From NCBI GenBank assembly GCA_018303045.1, contig JAGVYX010000035.1, positions 1 through 47,877 on the forward strand: a stretch of 47,877 nucleotides of DNA, written 5' to 3'. Under the pieces are notes generated by a model. It was not told the DNA's origin, made no database searches, and saw only the letters and a program-made list of their open reading frames with translations. Both the position numbers and the translations under genes were made by a program. This document shows positions 6,224 to 16,382 of the stretch, piece after piece. This DNA comes from Candidatus Woesearchaeota archaeon (GTDB lineage: Archaea; Nanobdellota; Nanobdellia; Woesearchaeales; GW2011-AR9). The stretch's first letter is position 1. Each line of letters starts with the position of its first letter.

Positions 6224-9127
6224 ATGCCAAAAAGAGGACAGATAACTGTATTTATAATTATAGGAGTTATTATCTTAATTGTCGCCGTAAGTTTATTTTT
6301 TCTAGTTTCTACAGTGTCTTCTTCAAAAGAAATCTTGCGCCCCCTATCTACTGATGCTATAAGCTTGTTTGTGGAACGCTGCCTGTTCCAAACAACGGCA
6401 GATGGCCTTGAAATCATTGGCAAACAAGGCGGCTATTACCAAGTTCCGGCTCCATTTAAGCATTATCCGATCTTTACGATGCCTTACTACTTCCATGAAG
6501 GCAATAGTTTTATTCCTACAGAAGAAAGAGTTAAGGCGGAGTTGGAAGCTTACATTGAAAATGAAATAAAGAGTTGTCTGGATCTCAAATATTTTGAACA
6601 GCAAGGATATCAGTTTTCGTTTTCTAATTCTCTTAAGAGCGATCTTATCCAAGACCAATTTCTCACCATCCCATCTCAGCCTATAGAAGTCAAAGTTATT
6701 TTTAGCCCAGCTAAGGTGCAGGCAGAGCTGCATTATCCATTTACAGTAGGTTTAGGCTTGCAGCAGAAAGAATTATCTTCATTTAAAACCGCTGTGGACA
6801 TTCCTTTTAAGGAAATTTTCAAAACAATAGAAGGCATTGCGCAGATGCAGCAAAAACAACTCGACGTTCTCGTGCTGGGAGATTTGTTGGAAGCTGCCTC
6901 TCAGAAGAATTTTTATCTGTCCATAACCACTGTCGGTGAAGGCGAAGTTTTGTTTAACCTGTTTTTTCCAATCAAGCATAATGAGCTTTATAATTACGCC
7001 TTTCTAGCCCGGTATCCTAAGCTGGATTTAGATAAAGCCAAGATTTTTTCCCCACAGGCTGAATTACAATCAGAAGCTTTGATTTATGAGCACCATTCCT
7101 TGGAAATTCCCCTGCCGGTTCTGGCCTCCGGTCCTGATAACTTTGAATTTATTCCACCAGCCGACCTTTGGCAGGATCCAAATTATCTCTCTAATTTAAA
7201 CTCGCAGGATTTTCTTGCCAGCTTATTTTCCAATCCCTCTTTATTTAGCAACTCCGCGGTATTGTATGAATTTGAAAATCGCCTGGGCGAGGCTAATTTC
7301 ATTGAGCAATTAAACCAGCAGCGCAATTTATTAAATCGCTGGGCAGATTTAAAAGGAATCAGCTTTGGAAATCAAGGCGAACTGCTGTCCTACACTAATG
7401 GGCTTATCACTACCAAAGGCAAGCAATCCACTACTTTTAATCCTGCAGATCTCCTGGGAGCAACCGTTCTGAAGTCTGGTGAAGTCCAGCTGCCGAGCAA
7501 GGCAGTCATCTCCAGCGCCAATATCGAGAAAAGCAGTGGCGCTTTAGTTATTAATGGGGGAAGCATAGATCTCAGTAATGCTATAAATTTAGAAAACACT
7601 CGTGTTGTAAACGCTGTTGTATTTAGAAACAGCCAGGAAATATACTCGCAGGGCGGCGAGCCGTTTTTTATTGAGGCTAATGCTGCAGGACAACCTACAA
7701 TAAAAGGGGCCGAGGTATTTATTGCCAAGGATGGACAAACGGAATTACTCCTTACCGGAAGCCTTACTCTTTTAGATGAAACATCATATACCTTATACCC
7801 AGATACTCTGCTTAGAGAATATCGCAATGAGCAGCCTAGTCTTGATTATGCCATTGGCCGGACCATCCATTTTTCTATGGAAGGAGGCGGATGCGCTGCG
7901 ATAAAAAATTGCATTGAAAGGGATCCTGATAAAAGTGAACTGAAAGTATCTACAGATGACGGACAAGTAAAGATTGCTAATTTAGGCAATTCCTTGCAGA
8001 AATTAATAGTAGATGGCAAAGGGCAGGTAGAATATTTTGAAAATAATGTCCAACTGCTGTTCTCCGGCAAGCCTGTAACAGTTGCCGGCGACCCTTCTAC
8101 TCTCAGGACTGAAGTTGAGCATATCTATACAAGAGATGGAAAAAAATCTATTAAATTGCTTCCTGCGGCGCATGGCATAGAAATACAGTTTTGTCTGAAG
8201 CTCTGCACTTACCAAGGAATGTTAACTAATGAGGCTTTGCTGGCCATGAAAAATTTTGCTGACACGAAACTCCGGCAGGATCAGCTGGCTCAGCAGTTTG
8301 GAGCTCAATATGGAGAACGAAATTCTTTGCGCGTGCTGGGTTATTTAGATGAACCAACTGAGCTAAGAATAATTAATGCGATCCAGCAGGCGGCAGAGAA
8401 AACCGGGCTGGATCCTAACTTTGTTGCAGGAGCTTTTTTTGTTGAAGGGCTGCATGGATGGATTTCAAACGAATATTATAACAATCCCGACGCCGAGCTT
8501 AGCGCAATGGGATCTTTAGGCGCTGATCGTTTTGGCAAAGAAGAGGCTATCCTGCGCGATAAGGGTTATCTTAGGCCTGATTTTCAAGAAGGCGCGGATT
8601 TCAGCAAAGAGGAACTGCTTACTAGCGAAAGAGGAGAGGCATCTCCAAGAGTTATTTTTAAAGATGTAGAGAGAGGTGTAGAGGGAGCAGCAGCCATGCT
8701 AGCTTACCGGCGGGACTTGCTTAAGCGCGATTTGAGAGATAATGGCCTTAATCCAGATGACTTAACGCGTGATCAGTTAAATTATTGGACTTACGTATAT
8801 TATAATGCCGGAAGCGGCCCTCCCGAAGACCCTTATGGTAAGGGAAGAGCAATAATCAAAGAACGAGCTAAGCATGGTGCGGGCAGTCTAGTTATTCCTT
8901 CCCAGAAAATAGTGAATAAAATAGTTGAAAGAAAAGTTTCAACGGAAATATCTAGCGAATTAATAGAAATTTTTAATCCATTAGGAAATGCCCAGCGGGT
9001 AATGGCTACCACTAAGTTGATAGAAGAAGCTAATCCTGTTCCGCCTGAGCAAGCTAAAAAGGAGATACAGGCAAAGCGGACGCAATTAGCTGATACTGGG
9101 CCTGGCAATGAATTTAAATCAAATTAG
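6224..9127 (+). CDS. Large (967 aa) surface/secreted protein with a class-III (type IV pilin-like) signal peptide and a C-terminal lysozyme/SLT-like domain
   Basis: The N-terminus MPKRG|QITVFIIIGVIILIVAV fits the [KR]G|Q + hydrophobic prepilin pattern. The C-terminus GLDPNFVAGAFFVEGLHGW ... MGSLGADRF ... VEGAAAMLAY ... NYWTYVYYNAGSG resembles the soluble lytic transglycosylase motif order (E-x, GLMQ-like, AYNAG). Confidence 0.55.
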   Translation: MPKRGQITVFIIIGVIILIVAVSLFFLVSTVSSSKEILRPLSTDAISLFVERCLFQTTADGLEIIGKQGGYYQVPAPFKHYPIFTMPYYFHEGNSFIPTEERVKAELEAYIENEIKSCLDLKYFEQQGYQFSFSNSLKSDLIQDQFLTIPSQPIEVKVIFSPAKVQAELHYPFTVGLGLQQKELSSFKTAVDIPFKEIFKTIEGIAQMQQKQLDVLVLGDLLEAASQKNFYLSITTVGEGEVLFNLFFPIKHNELYNYAFLARYPKLDLDKAKIFSPQAELQSEALIYEHHSLEIPLPVLASGPDNFEFIPPADLWQDPNYLSNLNSQDFLASLFSNPSLFSNSAVLYEFENRLGEANFIEQLNQQRNLLNRWADLKGISFGNQGELLSYTNGLITTKGKQSTTFNPADLLGATVLKSGEVQLPSKAVISSANIEKSSGALVINGGSIDLSNAINLENTRVVNAVVFRNSQEIYSQGGEPFFIEANAAGQPTIKGAEVFIAKDGQTELLLTGSLTLLDETSYTLYPDTLLREYRNEQPSLDYAIGRTIHFSMEGGGCAAIKNCIERDPDKSELKVSTDDGQVKIANLGNSLQKLIVDGKGQVEYFENNVQLLFSGKPVTVAGDPSTLRTEVEHIYTRDGKKSIKLLPAAHGIEIQFCLKLCTYQGMLTNEALLAMKNFADTKLRQDQLAQQFGAQYGERNSLRVLGYLDEPTELRIINAIQQAAEKTGLDPNFVAGAFFVEGLHGWISNEYYNNPDAELSAMGSLGADRFGKEEAILRDKGYLRPDFQEGADFSKEELLTSERGEASPRVIFKDVERGVEGAAAMLAYRRDLLKRDLRDNGLNPDDLTRDQLNYWTYVYYNAGSGPPEDPYGKGRAIIKERAKHGAGSLVIPSQKIVNKIVERKVSTEISSELIEIFNPLGNAQRVMATTKLIEEANPVPPEQAKKEIQAKRTQLADTGPGNEFKSN

Positions 9128-9147
9128 TTCAAATGATTGGGTTCTGT

Positions 9148-10011
9148 TTATTTGCGCTTGACTCCAAAGACGTTAGGAAGCGACCAAAATTCCTTGTTGC
9201 TGTCATTTTCATTAAACCCAGTTTCATAACTGCCGATGCCTTTGAATATTGCTCTGGGATGATTTATGTAAAGGCTGGCCTCCGGCCCTCCTTCCAGGTA
9301 CATCATCTTTCGCGCATTAAGTGGCAGAGAAAGACATTCATCTATAAAATCAGCCACTCTATATGGAGATCGGCTATGAAAAAATAACACTTCACCATTA
9401 GCCGTCATTCCCAGAGCAGCCATACTCCACATCTTTTCCTGTCTGGCCCAAGTTCTCTGTCCCTTACTATTAACCAAGCGAATACTTTGCGATGCGGTTT
9501 GGTATTTTTGCAATAATTCCTCATAATTCTGGTCTTGCGTATCTATAATTTGCGCCAAAGGCGCATCCTCAGTTATCCTATCGGTAACAAAAATTGCATT
9601 ATAACCCTTTTTTAATTTTCCATTATTGATGTGCCCAGGCTGCTTCATGTATCCAACATTCCTTCCATCTGGCTCAAACATGCCGGCATTTATAACCGCA
9701 ATTAAGCCATCATTATGAGACCATTCTTCAGCAGTATGGTAATGATGGGCATTGCTGTTATCGTCTTTTGCAACGGCTTCACCTGAAGCTGTAAGAAGTT
9801 CCAATGAATAATGTTCAGGATTGATTTTTAATGCTGTTATTCTGGAATCTCCAAGGGGCGATTTTTTCTTTGTTAAAAAATGAGCCAGTTCCAGTCCTTT
9901 CTCTAATGTTTTCCAAGAAGATGATATTTTCGCAGATGCTGTTGCAGTACCATAACCTAAAAATGAAATACTTCCTAATCCTGCTAATAACTCCCTCCGG
10001 TTTAATCTCAT
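9148..10011 (-). CDS. Tat-signal secreted phosphodiester glycosidase-like (DUF2233/NAGPA) protein
   Basis: MRLNRRELLAGLGSISFLGYGTATASA is a twin-arginine signal. VINAGMFEPDGRNVGY...NNG, SIRLVNSKG and MYLEGGPEAS follow the NAGPA-domain motif order. Confidence 0.5.
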   Translation of the reverse strand: MRLNRRELLAGLGSISFLGYGTATASAKISSSWKTLEKGLELAHFLTKKKSPLGDSRITALKINPEHYSLELLTASGEAVAKDDNSNAHHYHTAEEWSHNDGLIAVINAGMFEPDGRNVGYMKQPGHINNGKLKKGYNAIFVTDRITEDAPLAQIIDTQDQNYEELLQKYQTASQSIRLVNSKGQRTWARQEKMWSMAALGMTANGEVLFFHSRSPYRVADFIDECLSLPLNARKMMYLEGGPEASLYINHPRAIFKGIGSYETGFNENDSNKEFWSLPNVFGVKRK

Positions 10012-10075
10012 TTATGCTTGATTTTAGCCAATATTTTTAAATATTCCTAGAAAAAATCACTAATCTGAATCTATC

Positions 10076-11809
10076 TTAATTATCATCAACTAAATCAATC
10101 ATTTGTTTAATGGCCTCAAATCCTTTCTGCCAGAACTGTTCTGAAGTAATATCCACACCGATAGCCTTAGTTATTTCTACAGGGCTTTCGCTGCCGCCTT
10201 TACTGAGCATTTCTACAATTCTCTCAGCAAAAGCCGGGCCTTTCTCTTTATACATTTCATATAAAGCCAGAGTTAACAAGTTGCCAAAAGCATAGGCATA
10301 GCAGTAAAAGGGAGTATGAAAAATATGTGGAATATACGCCCATTCGTAAGCAAAAAGATCATCAACAATTACTTTTGGGCCCAACTGTTTTCGTAAATCG
10401 GTTAAATAAACCGCAGAAATTTCATCGGTAGTTCTTCCGTCCTTAATCATCTCGTGGGCTTTTTTCTCAAATTCAATAAAGCCGGCCTGCCGGATAATTG
10501 ATGCATATAAATCATCCAGTTTAGTAAAGATCATTTGTTTGGCAGCTCGGGGATTTAACTTCATCATTTGCTCAGATAACAACATTTCCGAAAAGATTGA
10601 AGCTGTTTCAGCTAACGGCAAACAGGCGTCCATGGTAAATTCAGTTTGTTTCTGAGATAAGGTCATATGCACTCCATGCCCCAGTTCATGTGCTAGGGTA
10701 GACACATCTCTAAATTTGCCAGTATAGCTTAACAGGACGTAAGGGGCATGGTTGGTGGTTGCCGGACAGCAGAACGCGCCGCTTCTTTTTCCTTTTTGCA
10801 CCGTAGAATGAACATGCTTCTGATTAAGAATATTTCTTGCTGCATTGACAAAATAAGGAGAAAACTGTTCAAATGTTTCCAATACTAATTTTACGGCAGC
10901 ATCATAAGAAATTATCTCCTTTTCTGGCTCTAGCGGCGCATAAAGATCAAAGCGCCTAAATCTTTTCAATCCTAATTTTTTTCGCTTAATTTCAAAAAAT
11001 TTCTGAAACAAATATTGGTTTTCTCTAATTACCCTTAACAGCATTTCCACAGCCTTATCCGGCAGATCATTGGCCACATTTCTCGCATTAATAGGATTGC
11101 TGTACCCCCGCAGAAAAACATTTTCCTCCCGCCAATCATTAATAATATTTTTGTAAGCTTCACCGATAACTGTTTTATGCTCCTGAAAAGGCTTAAGCAG
11201 TATTCGGTAAGCCTGCTCTCTGACTGAAGCTTTATCTGACCTGACAAAAGTAATCATCTCTTCCTGAGTTCTATTTTTCCCCTGAAACTGGTAACTAAAA
11301 CTAGAAGTAAATATATTATAGATATTATTAAGCGCGGAAACGCCCGTGGTATCTTTTAAATTAATAATTTTCTCTTCATTTTCTTTTAAGGTGTACTTTT
11401 TAGTTCTTCTTAGTGAAGCAAAATAATAGCGATATTTGCCGCTGGCCTTAATTAACTGTTTCATCTTTTGGTCCGGCAGTTGTTTAAACCATAGGCTGAA
11501 AAACAATAGCCGGTTGCCGGTTTTAGTCAGAAAATTTTCCACTTGCGACATTTCAGCCAAAGCTTTTTGGTTGGCGGAATCTTCAGAAAATTTTAATTGG
11601 ACATAAACAGCCAATTTTTCTGTTTCCTGCCGTAAAAGTTCTAATTCTTTTACTAAAGATAGGAATAAACTATTAGAAATCGTGGTGGTTAAAAATTTTC
11701 TTTTGGATTCAAAACTTTTAGTCTTCTGCTCAACGGACTTTTTAGCTAGTTCAATCGAAAGGGGCTTAATTTCACTTAAATCCCATGTTCCCAGCTGATA
11801 TTTTTCCAT
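10076..11809 (-). CDS. pepF: Oligoendopeptidase F (M3B metallopeptidase)
   Basis: HELGHGVH zinc motif, 577 aa, overall M3B architecture. Confidence 0.85.
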   Translation of the reverse strand: MEKYQLGTWDLSEIKPLSIELAKKSVEQKTKSFESKRKFLTTTISNSLFLSLVKELELLRQETEKLAVYVQLKFSEDSANQKALAEMSQVENFLTKTGNRLLFFSLWFKQLPDQKMKQLIKASGKYRYYFASLRRTKKYTLKENEEKIINLKDTTGVSALNNIYNIFTSSFSYQFQGKNRTQEEMITFVRSDKASVREQAYRILLKPFQEHKTVIGEAYKNIINDWREENVFLRGYSNPINARNVANDLPDKAVEMLLRVIRENQYLFQKFFEIKRKKLGLKRFRRFDLYAPLEPEKEIISYDAAVKLVLETFEQFSPYFVNAARNILNQKHVHSTVQKGKRSGAFCCPATTNHAPYVLLSYTGKFRDVSTLAHELGHGVHMTLSQKQTEFTMDACLPLAETASIFSEMLLSEQMMKLNPRAAKQMIFTKLDDLYASIIRQAGFIEFEKKAHEMIKDGRTTDEISAVYLTDLRKQLGPKVIVDDLFAYEWAYIPHIFHTPFYCYAYAFGNLLTLALYEMYKEKGPAFAERIVEMLSKGGSESPVEITKAIGVDITSEQFWQKGFEAIKQMIDLVDDN

Positions 11810-12141
11810 AGCAGAAGTAATTTTTTGTGATTTTTAAATCTGCTTATGAGATAAGCAGGACCTGAACGAGAGGCTTAGGGTGATTGGCGGTTTGTTTCTT
11901 ATAAATAGTTTAAGCAAAGATTAATCTATTCGATTTTGTTAGTTTTAAGCTTAAACTGCATATTTTGGGTTATGGTTGATTTATATTTGTAGAATAGCTC
12001 GTATTTTTTATTATTTTGTTTACCATCAAAGCTTAAAGGTTATTTTCTGAAAGATTTAATTGTTGATTGAAGATTTAGTACTGTGATACCGAATAAATAA
12101 TAAAAAATATATTAATCTATAAGAAAAGAAATATTAAACTT

Positions 12142-12612
12142 CTATTTTATGTCTTCTAAGCCTTTTCTTTCCCTAATTCCCTGTTGTCTTTTCTTGGCTT
12201 CTAATATCTCCTTTAAAGTTGCATCAAATTGATTTTGACCTTCTGCCACAACGGTTTGTCCTATTCCGTCACTACTAAGATATTCAACTCTTGTTCTATC
12301 CTTTTTGTCAACAACTATTCTATCCACCATAAGGTCTCCGTTATGGTCAATGTAGGTTATATTTTTTGCAAAGTGTCCAGCTTCTTCAGTATCAGGTACT
12401 GCAATACTAAGAACATTAGATTTCTGAAATGGAAGAGAACCCGTAGATTGGTCAAAATACACTAAATTGCCCCCTACTCGTAAACCCTCACATTCGTATC
12501 TAGAATTATCTTGACTTCGTACATATTTGATTAAACCATATCCGCCCGCCAATAATGGCACTGTCGCAGCGGCAACTAAAAGTTTTTGTGTAAATGACAT
12601 TTTGATCACCAA
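12142..12612 (-). CDS. Hypothetical membrane-anchored/secreted protein
   Basis: N-terminal hydrophobic segment QKLLVAAATVPLLAGGYGL. No catalytic motif recognised. The start may be the internal MSFTQK. Confidence 0.45.
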   Translation of the reverse strand: MVIKMSFTQKLLVAAATVPLLAGGYGLIKYVRSQDNSRYECEGLRVGGNLVYFDQSTGSLPFQKSNVLSIAVPDTEEAGHFAKNITYIDHNGDLMVDRIVVDKKDRTRVEYLSSDGIGQTVVAEGQNQFDATLKEILEAKKRQQGIRERKGLEDIK

Positions 12613-13215
12613 TGATATTGAAAATCCAACTACTATATAACTCTTTCTATTTTTATTATTGACACGTAGTGAATTATTTACGGAGTGGGAGCTGGATTGG
12701 ATTTTTAGCCCTATAATGTAATAAATAAGGTGACAAAAATGTTCGTCTAATGTATATTAGGCGAAGTTTAACCGATAATTTGAACGAAACATCGTTATAA
12801 ACCAGCTTTGGTTAATTATCTGCCAAGCTAAAAGCCAAACTTTGTGAAATGCCACAGACAACTAAGAATTAGCGTTTTCCATCAAAAACCATCACTGGAT
12901 ATCCATTAGGTAAATAATGGCTTCTTTTTTTCTCCTTACTGATCTAAAATCTAATCTTTCTGCCATTTTCAATAAATTAAGGAAGTTCTACTATCTAAAT
13001 CTTCACAATTTGATTACCCCAGAATGGTAAATTCTCTGGCGCGTCGAAAATCTACAAGATTCAATCTAAGCTTAAAACTTTTAGCGACAATAATCGCTCA
13101 ATTTAGGGTTAAAACTTTTAAGAAAAGATTAAAGTTACTGGCAACAACATTATCAATGTAAACAAAAATTGATTAAATGACAGAAACCAGATGATTTGAT
13201 AAACGACTAAACTAA

Positions 13216-13977
13216 TTAAGCAGCCTTTTTTCTAACCATTTCTCTTTTTAATTCTTCTTTATGTTCCAGTTGCAGCTCAGCCTTGCTTTTGAATAACTTT
13301 ACCACGCCATAACTTTGTTTAGTTGAAGTAGGATATAATTTCTTTACTTCAGCAGTAATTTGCTTCTTTGCTTCCTGAACCTTCTTCTTGGACGAGGATA
13401 AGATTTTTTCCTGGCGATATTGATTATAAGCCTGCAAATAAATTCTAAACCTTAACTCCAGAGCGGAAATAATTTCTTCGGCAATCGCCGACAGTCTTTG
13501 CTGCATTTTATTGGTAGCATAAGCTGAGTAGCCATGTTCAGATTTTTGCACGGCCATCCAACTTAACCAGAGCTTATCCCTCTTTTCCTGAGCTTCCTCC
13601 AAAATTTCCCAGAGTTCTATAATTTCCTTATCTTTAACGTCCAGGCGCAGCTTTCCACTGGATGATTTATCTTGGTTATAGTCTTCAAAATTCCGGATCA
13701 GCAATTGCCGGCCTAGATTTAGAAGCTGCTGAAAGTTGGGCATTAATTCAGCCCGCAGTTTTAACTGATAGCGCGTTTTTGTTAATGGATCGGCTTCAGC
13801 CAATTTCTTCTGTATTTTAGGAAATAAACTAAACCCCGATGCTTTCAAGCTGATTTCGATGGTTAATTTTTTCTGTTGAATAAACTGATCAATTTTCTTC
13901 AACTCCCCAGCCAGCTGAGTTAAGTCTGGATCGTGGAGATTGCTTTTTTTTCCAAAAATAGTAGCCCATAGTCCCAT
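13216..13977 (-). CDS. Hypothetical coiled-coil protein (253 aa)
   Basis: Long heptad-like K/E/Q-rich sequence. It is the last gene of the PAC2 / small membrane protein operon. Confidence 0.5.
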   Translation of the reverse strand: MGLWATIFGKKSNLHDPDLTQLAGELKKIDQFIQQKKLTIEISLKASGFSLFPKIQKKLAEADPLTKTRYQLKLRAELMPNFQQLLNLGRQLLIRNFEDYNQDKSSSGKLRLDVKDKEIIELWEILEEAQEKRDKLWLSWMAVQKSEHGYSAYATNKMQQRLSAIAEEIISALELRFRIYLQAYNQYRQEKILSSSKKKVQEAKKQITAEVKKLYPTSTKQSYGVVKLFKSKAELQLEHKEELKREMVRKKAA

Positions 13978-13996
13978 AATTATTTGTTTCTCCCTT

Positions 13997-14242
13997 TTAA
14001 AGATATTTCTTCAAAATTTCTTTTCGCTGTTTGGAAAAACCGCTGTCAAAACCAGCTTTAAGCAGCCACAATCCAGCTAAAATAAGAAGCACATTTACCA
14101 CGATCGGATTAACAGTATAAATCCCAATTAAGTTAATTGCTCCAACTAAAATAATTGCTATACTATAAAGTAACATCAACCACGGAAAATAACCTTTTTT
14201 AGTAGGCAGCTGCACTGCTAGCTTTTCTTGTTTTGCAGTCAT
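13997..14242 (-). CDS. Small two-TM membrane protein
   Basis: Two hydrophobic stretches (WLMLLYSIAIILVGAINLIGIY and VNVLLILAGLWLL). Two nucleotides (14243-14244) separate its start from the PAC2 stop. Confidence 0.5.
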   Translation of the reverse strand: MTAKQEKLAVQLPTKKGYFPWLMLLYSIAIILVGAINLIGIYTVNPIVVNVLLILAGLWLLKAGFDSGFSKQRKEILKKYL

Positions 14243-14244
14243 TT

Positions 14245-14964
14245 TTACCCAACATAACTTAAATGCTTTTCTTCCTGTATCTGTTCTGCCCGCTGCCCTT
14301 TCTGGACGATTCCCCGCAGTTTCTTTTCAAATAGGTCAGCTTGTTTAATTAAAGGCTTGACATCCACGCCTAATCCAATATAAGCATCCAAGGCCTGAAT
14401 AATATGGGCTGCGGCTTTGCTGTCAGGCAGCCCCATCTTGGCTTCAGCAAATAAAGCTACCAATGGCGTTTTTACCTGCTTGGCCAGCAATGCTCCAGTC
14501 ACGCCGACGATAATGCCTTCATTTAGCGGATTAGCTACCCCCTGAAGTTTTTTAGCAATTGTCCCGGCAGTAGTGGTATAATAAAATACCCGGCTGTCTT
14601 CGTCACCGTTAGGCGAGCCTACGCCTTCCAGAGAGATTATTTCCTTGGCTTGTAAATCATCAGCCAAATTAGTAATTACCTCAGCCAGCTTCCAGCCTAG
14701 ATCCTTGCCAATATTAATTGCGTGCACCAGAACTAAATTATGCAATTTATTATAATGAATAGATATGGGCTCAATAACTTTGCTTTGATGAATGGCAATC
14801 ATCGCTGGAATTTCATCCATTTCCACAATGCCGATTTTTTCAGTCTCTAAATGCTCCATTAAAAATTCCGTGGCAATCGTGCCAATTAACCCAAATCCGG
14901 GAAATCCTTCGATAATGGTTACATTTTTGGGCTTTTTAGTTAAGATAAGTTTCATAAGCATCAC
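14245..14964 (-). CDS. PAC2-family proteasome assembly chaperone (COG1938-type)
   Basis: The N-terminal IIEGFPGFGLIGTIATEFL motif and the ~240-aa size are typical of archaeal PAC2 proteins. Confidence 0.7.
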   Translation of the reverse strand: MMLMKLILTKKPKNVTIIEGFPGFGLIGTIATEFLMEHLETEKIGIVEMDEIPAMIAIHQSKVIEPISIHYNKLHNLVLVHAINIGKDLGWKLAEVITNLADDLQAKEIISLEGVGSPNGDEDSRVFYYTTTAGTIAKKLQGVANPLNEGIIVGVTGALLAKQVKTPLVALFAEAKMGLPDSKAAAHIIQALDAYIGLGVDVKPLIKQADLFEKKLRGIVQKGQRAEQIQEEKHLSYVG

Positions 14965-15015
14965 CTGAATTTTTTTCAGACTAGGAACTATTTTAAGATA
15001 TTTAAGTGTTTCTAA

Positions 15016-15080
15016 AGAGAACTTTGAAAAATAGAGATTTTGTTAATTTTGTCGATAAAAATGAATTATTCAAAATTCTC
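15016..15080. repeat. Long form of the dispersed intergenic motif (AGAGAACTTTG ... GTCGATAAAAATGAATTATTCAAAATTCTC)
   Basis: It has the same two halves as 22896-22936 but with a 24-nt insert between them. It lies in a divergent promoter region. Confidence 0.65.
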
Positions 15081-15275
15081 TAAATTAGAGTTTGCTAAAG
15101 AGAGTATTCCCTATGAGTGGTAACAAAACAAAAGATTTATATATGGTTGCTTATTCTAAGTAGTAAAGAAACCTATTTATAGTAAATAACCTTTACCTAA
15201 GTTTCTTTAAACGAGAAAATGGAGAAATAATTTTCCCTAATTTAAAAGTATTGGATACTTTATAAACAATTAAAA

Positions 15276-15761
15276 ATGAATCGAATTTATGTTGGTAATA
15301 ATAGTCAATATGGAGAATTAAGTAAAATCAGTTCAGAAGCTATTACTGAATTAAGTAGTTATAAATCAAGCGCTTCAGTTAATCATAAATCTGGCCGGCC
15401 GGACTGTTTAGCTACTTTGACCTTAGCTAAAATTCTTGACCATTTTTCGCAAATTAGTGATTCTAAACCTTCCAATGGTTCTTTTCCATACCATCAGCTG
15501 GATATCCTTTTTTCACGGCAATTAGGATACAGGTCGGAATCAGCTAAGCTTAGCGGGGTTCTAAAAACTATGTCCAGAGCTTTAAGAGAAGTTGAAGCGG
15601 CTTCGCCCAAACAGTTAGATGATTTAATTCGACTATGTTTGGACTTGGAACAAGTTTTCAGCGGCAGACCGCTCCAAATTATTCACCAATATGTGTCGCC
15701 AGCTTTAACCCCTGAAAGAAAAAGCGCCATGAATAAATTAGAGAGGAGATTATACAAATAA
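15276..15761 (+). CDS. Hypothetical protein (161 aa)
   Basis: ORF only; no motif recognised. Confidence 0.4.
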   Translation: MNRIYVGNNSQYGELSKISSEAITELSSYKSSASVNHKSGRPDCLATLTLAKILDHFSQISDSKPSNGSFPYHQLDILFSRQLGYRSESAKLSGVLKTMSRALREVEAASPKQLDDLIRLCLDLEQVFSGRPLQIIHQYVSPALTPERKSAMNKLERRLYK

Positions 15762-15955
15762 TTTTTATTTGTTTCTAATACCACGCCCCCCCGGAGCGGT
15801 TGAGATTTTTATTTACAGATGGGGCAGTTCACTTTCTGAATTGCGCCTTACAGAGCCTTTACCATCCAAAAATTTAAGTTGTCATCAATTATTCTCAGAG
15901 CAAGGGTTATTGATAGTATGAAAGTTACTAAATGATAATATGAAAAAATGATAAT

Positions 15956-16327
15956 ATGAAAGTTACTAAAACTGAAAAAATACTGCTCTATGCTGTTGGT
16001 GAATGCTATATGCATCTTAATAAACCATTGGAAAAAGCTCATTTGCAGTTAAGTATTTCTAAAATAATATTTATTGAATTGTTGTTAAATAAAATAAAAC
16101 TAAAACAGCCGCGGACTATTTATAAGAATTTAGAGCGGCTGGAAGAAAAAAAATTAATTCAATATACCCATAAAACAATTACTTTTACTTCTTTAGGATT
16201 AAAAGTGTTAAAAAGAATTCAGCAGGAAATTAAGCCCTACCTGGAAATTAAACAATCATTAAATCTAATTGAAAAGCCTAAGAAGAAATTACAGACGAGA
16301 ATTATAATGAAGGACATAAATAATTAA
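15956..16327 (+). CDS. Putative winged-helix DNA-binding protein
   Basis: RTIYKNLERLEEKKLIQYTHKTITFTSLGLKVL resembles a recognition helix plus wing of MarR/ArsR-like wHTH proteins. Confidence 0.4.
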   Translation: MKVTKTEKILLYAVGECYMHLNKPLEKAHLQLSISKIIFIELLLNKIKLKQPRTIYKNLERLEEKKLIQYTHKTITFTSLGLKVLKRIQQEIKPYLEIKQSLNLIEKPKKKLQTRIIMKDINN

Positions 16328-16382
16328 TAGGATTACTATATCCTCCAAATATAATAGTGGCTAAAAATATACTGAAATTCCT

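Noticed and set aside
1016-9387. Other antisense or alternative-frame track ORFs (for example 1016-1279, 3823-4020, 4011-4202, 4669-4920, 5850-6041, 6217-6423, 6344-6733, 6369-6569, 6779-6979, 7390-7827, 7846-8070, 8003-8215, 8833-9108, 9133-9387)
   Set aside because: Each is fully embedded in a longer ORF that has clear family motifs or better context. None has a recognisable motif.
13216-13977. ESCRT-III/Snf7-like protein, suggested by the MGLWATIFGKK N-terminus and coiled coil
   Set aside because: The charge pattern is wrong: the C-terminus is basic rather than acidic and has no MIM-like tail. The rest of the sequence shows no Snf7 motif order, so the evidence is insufficient.
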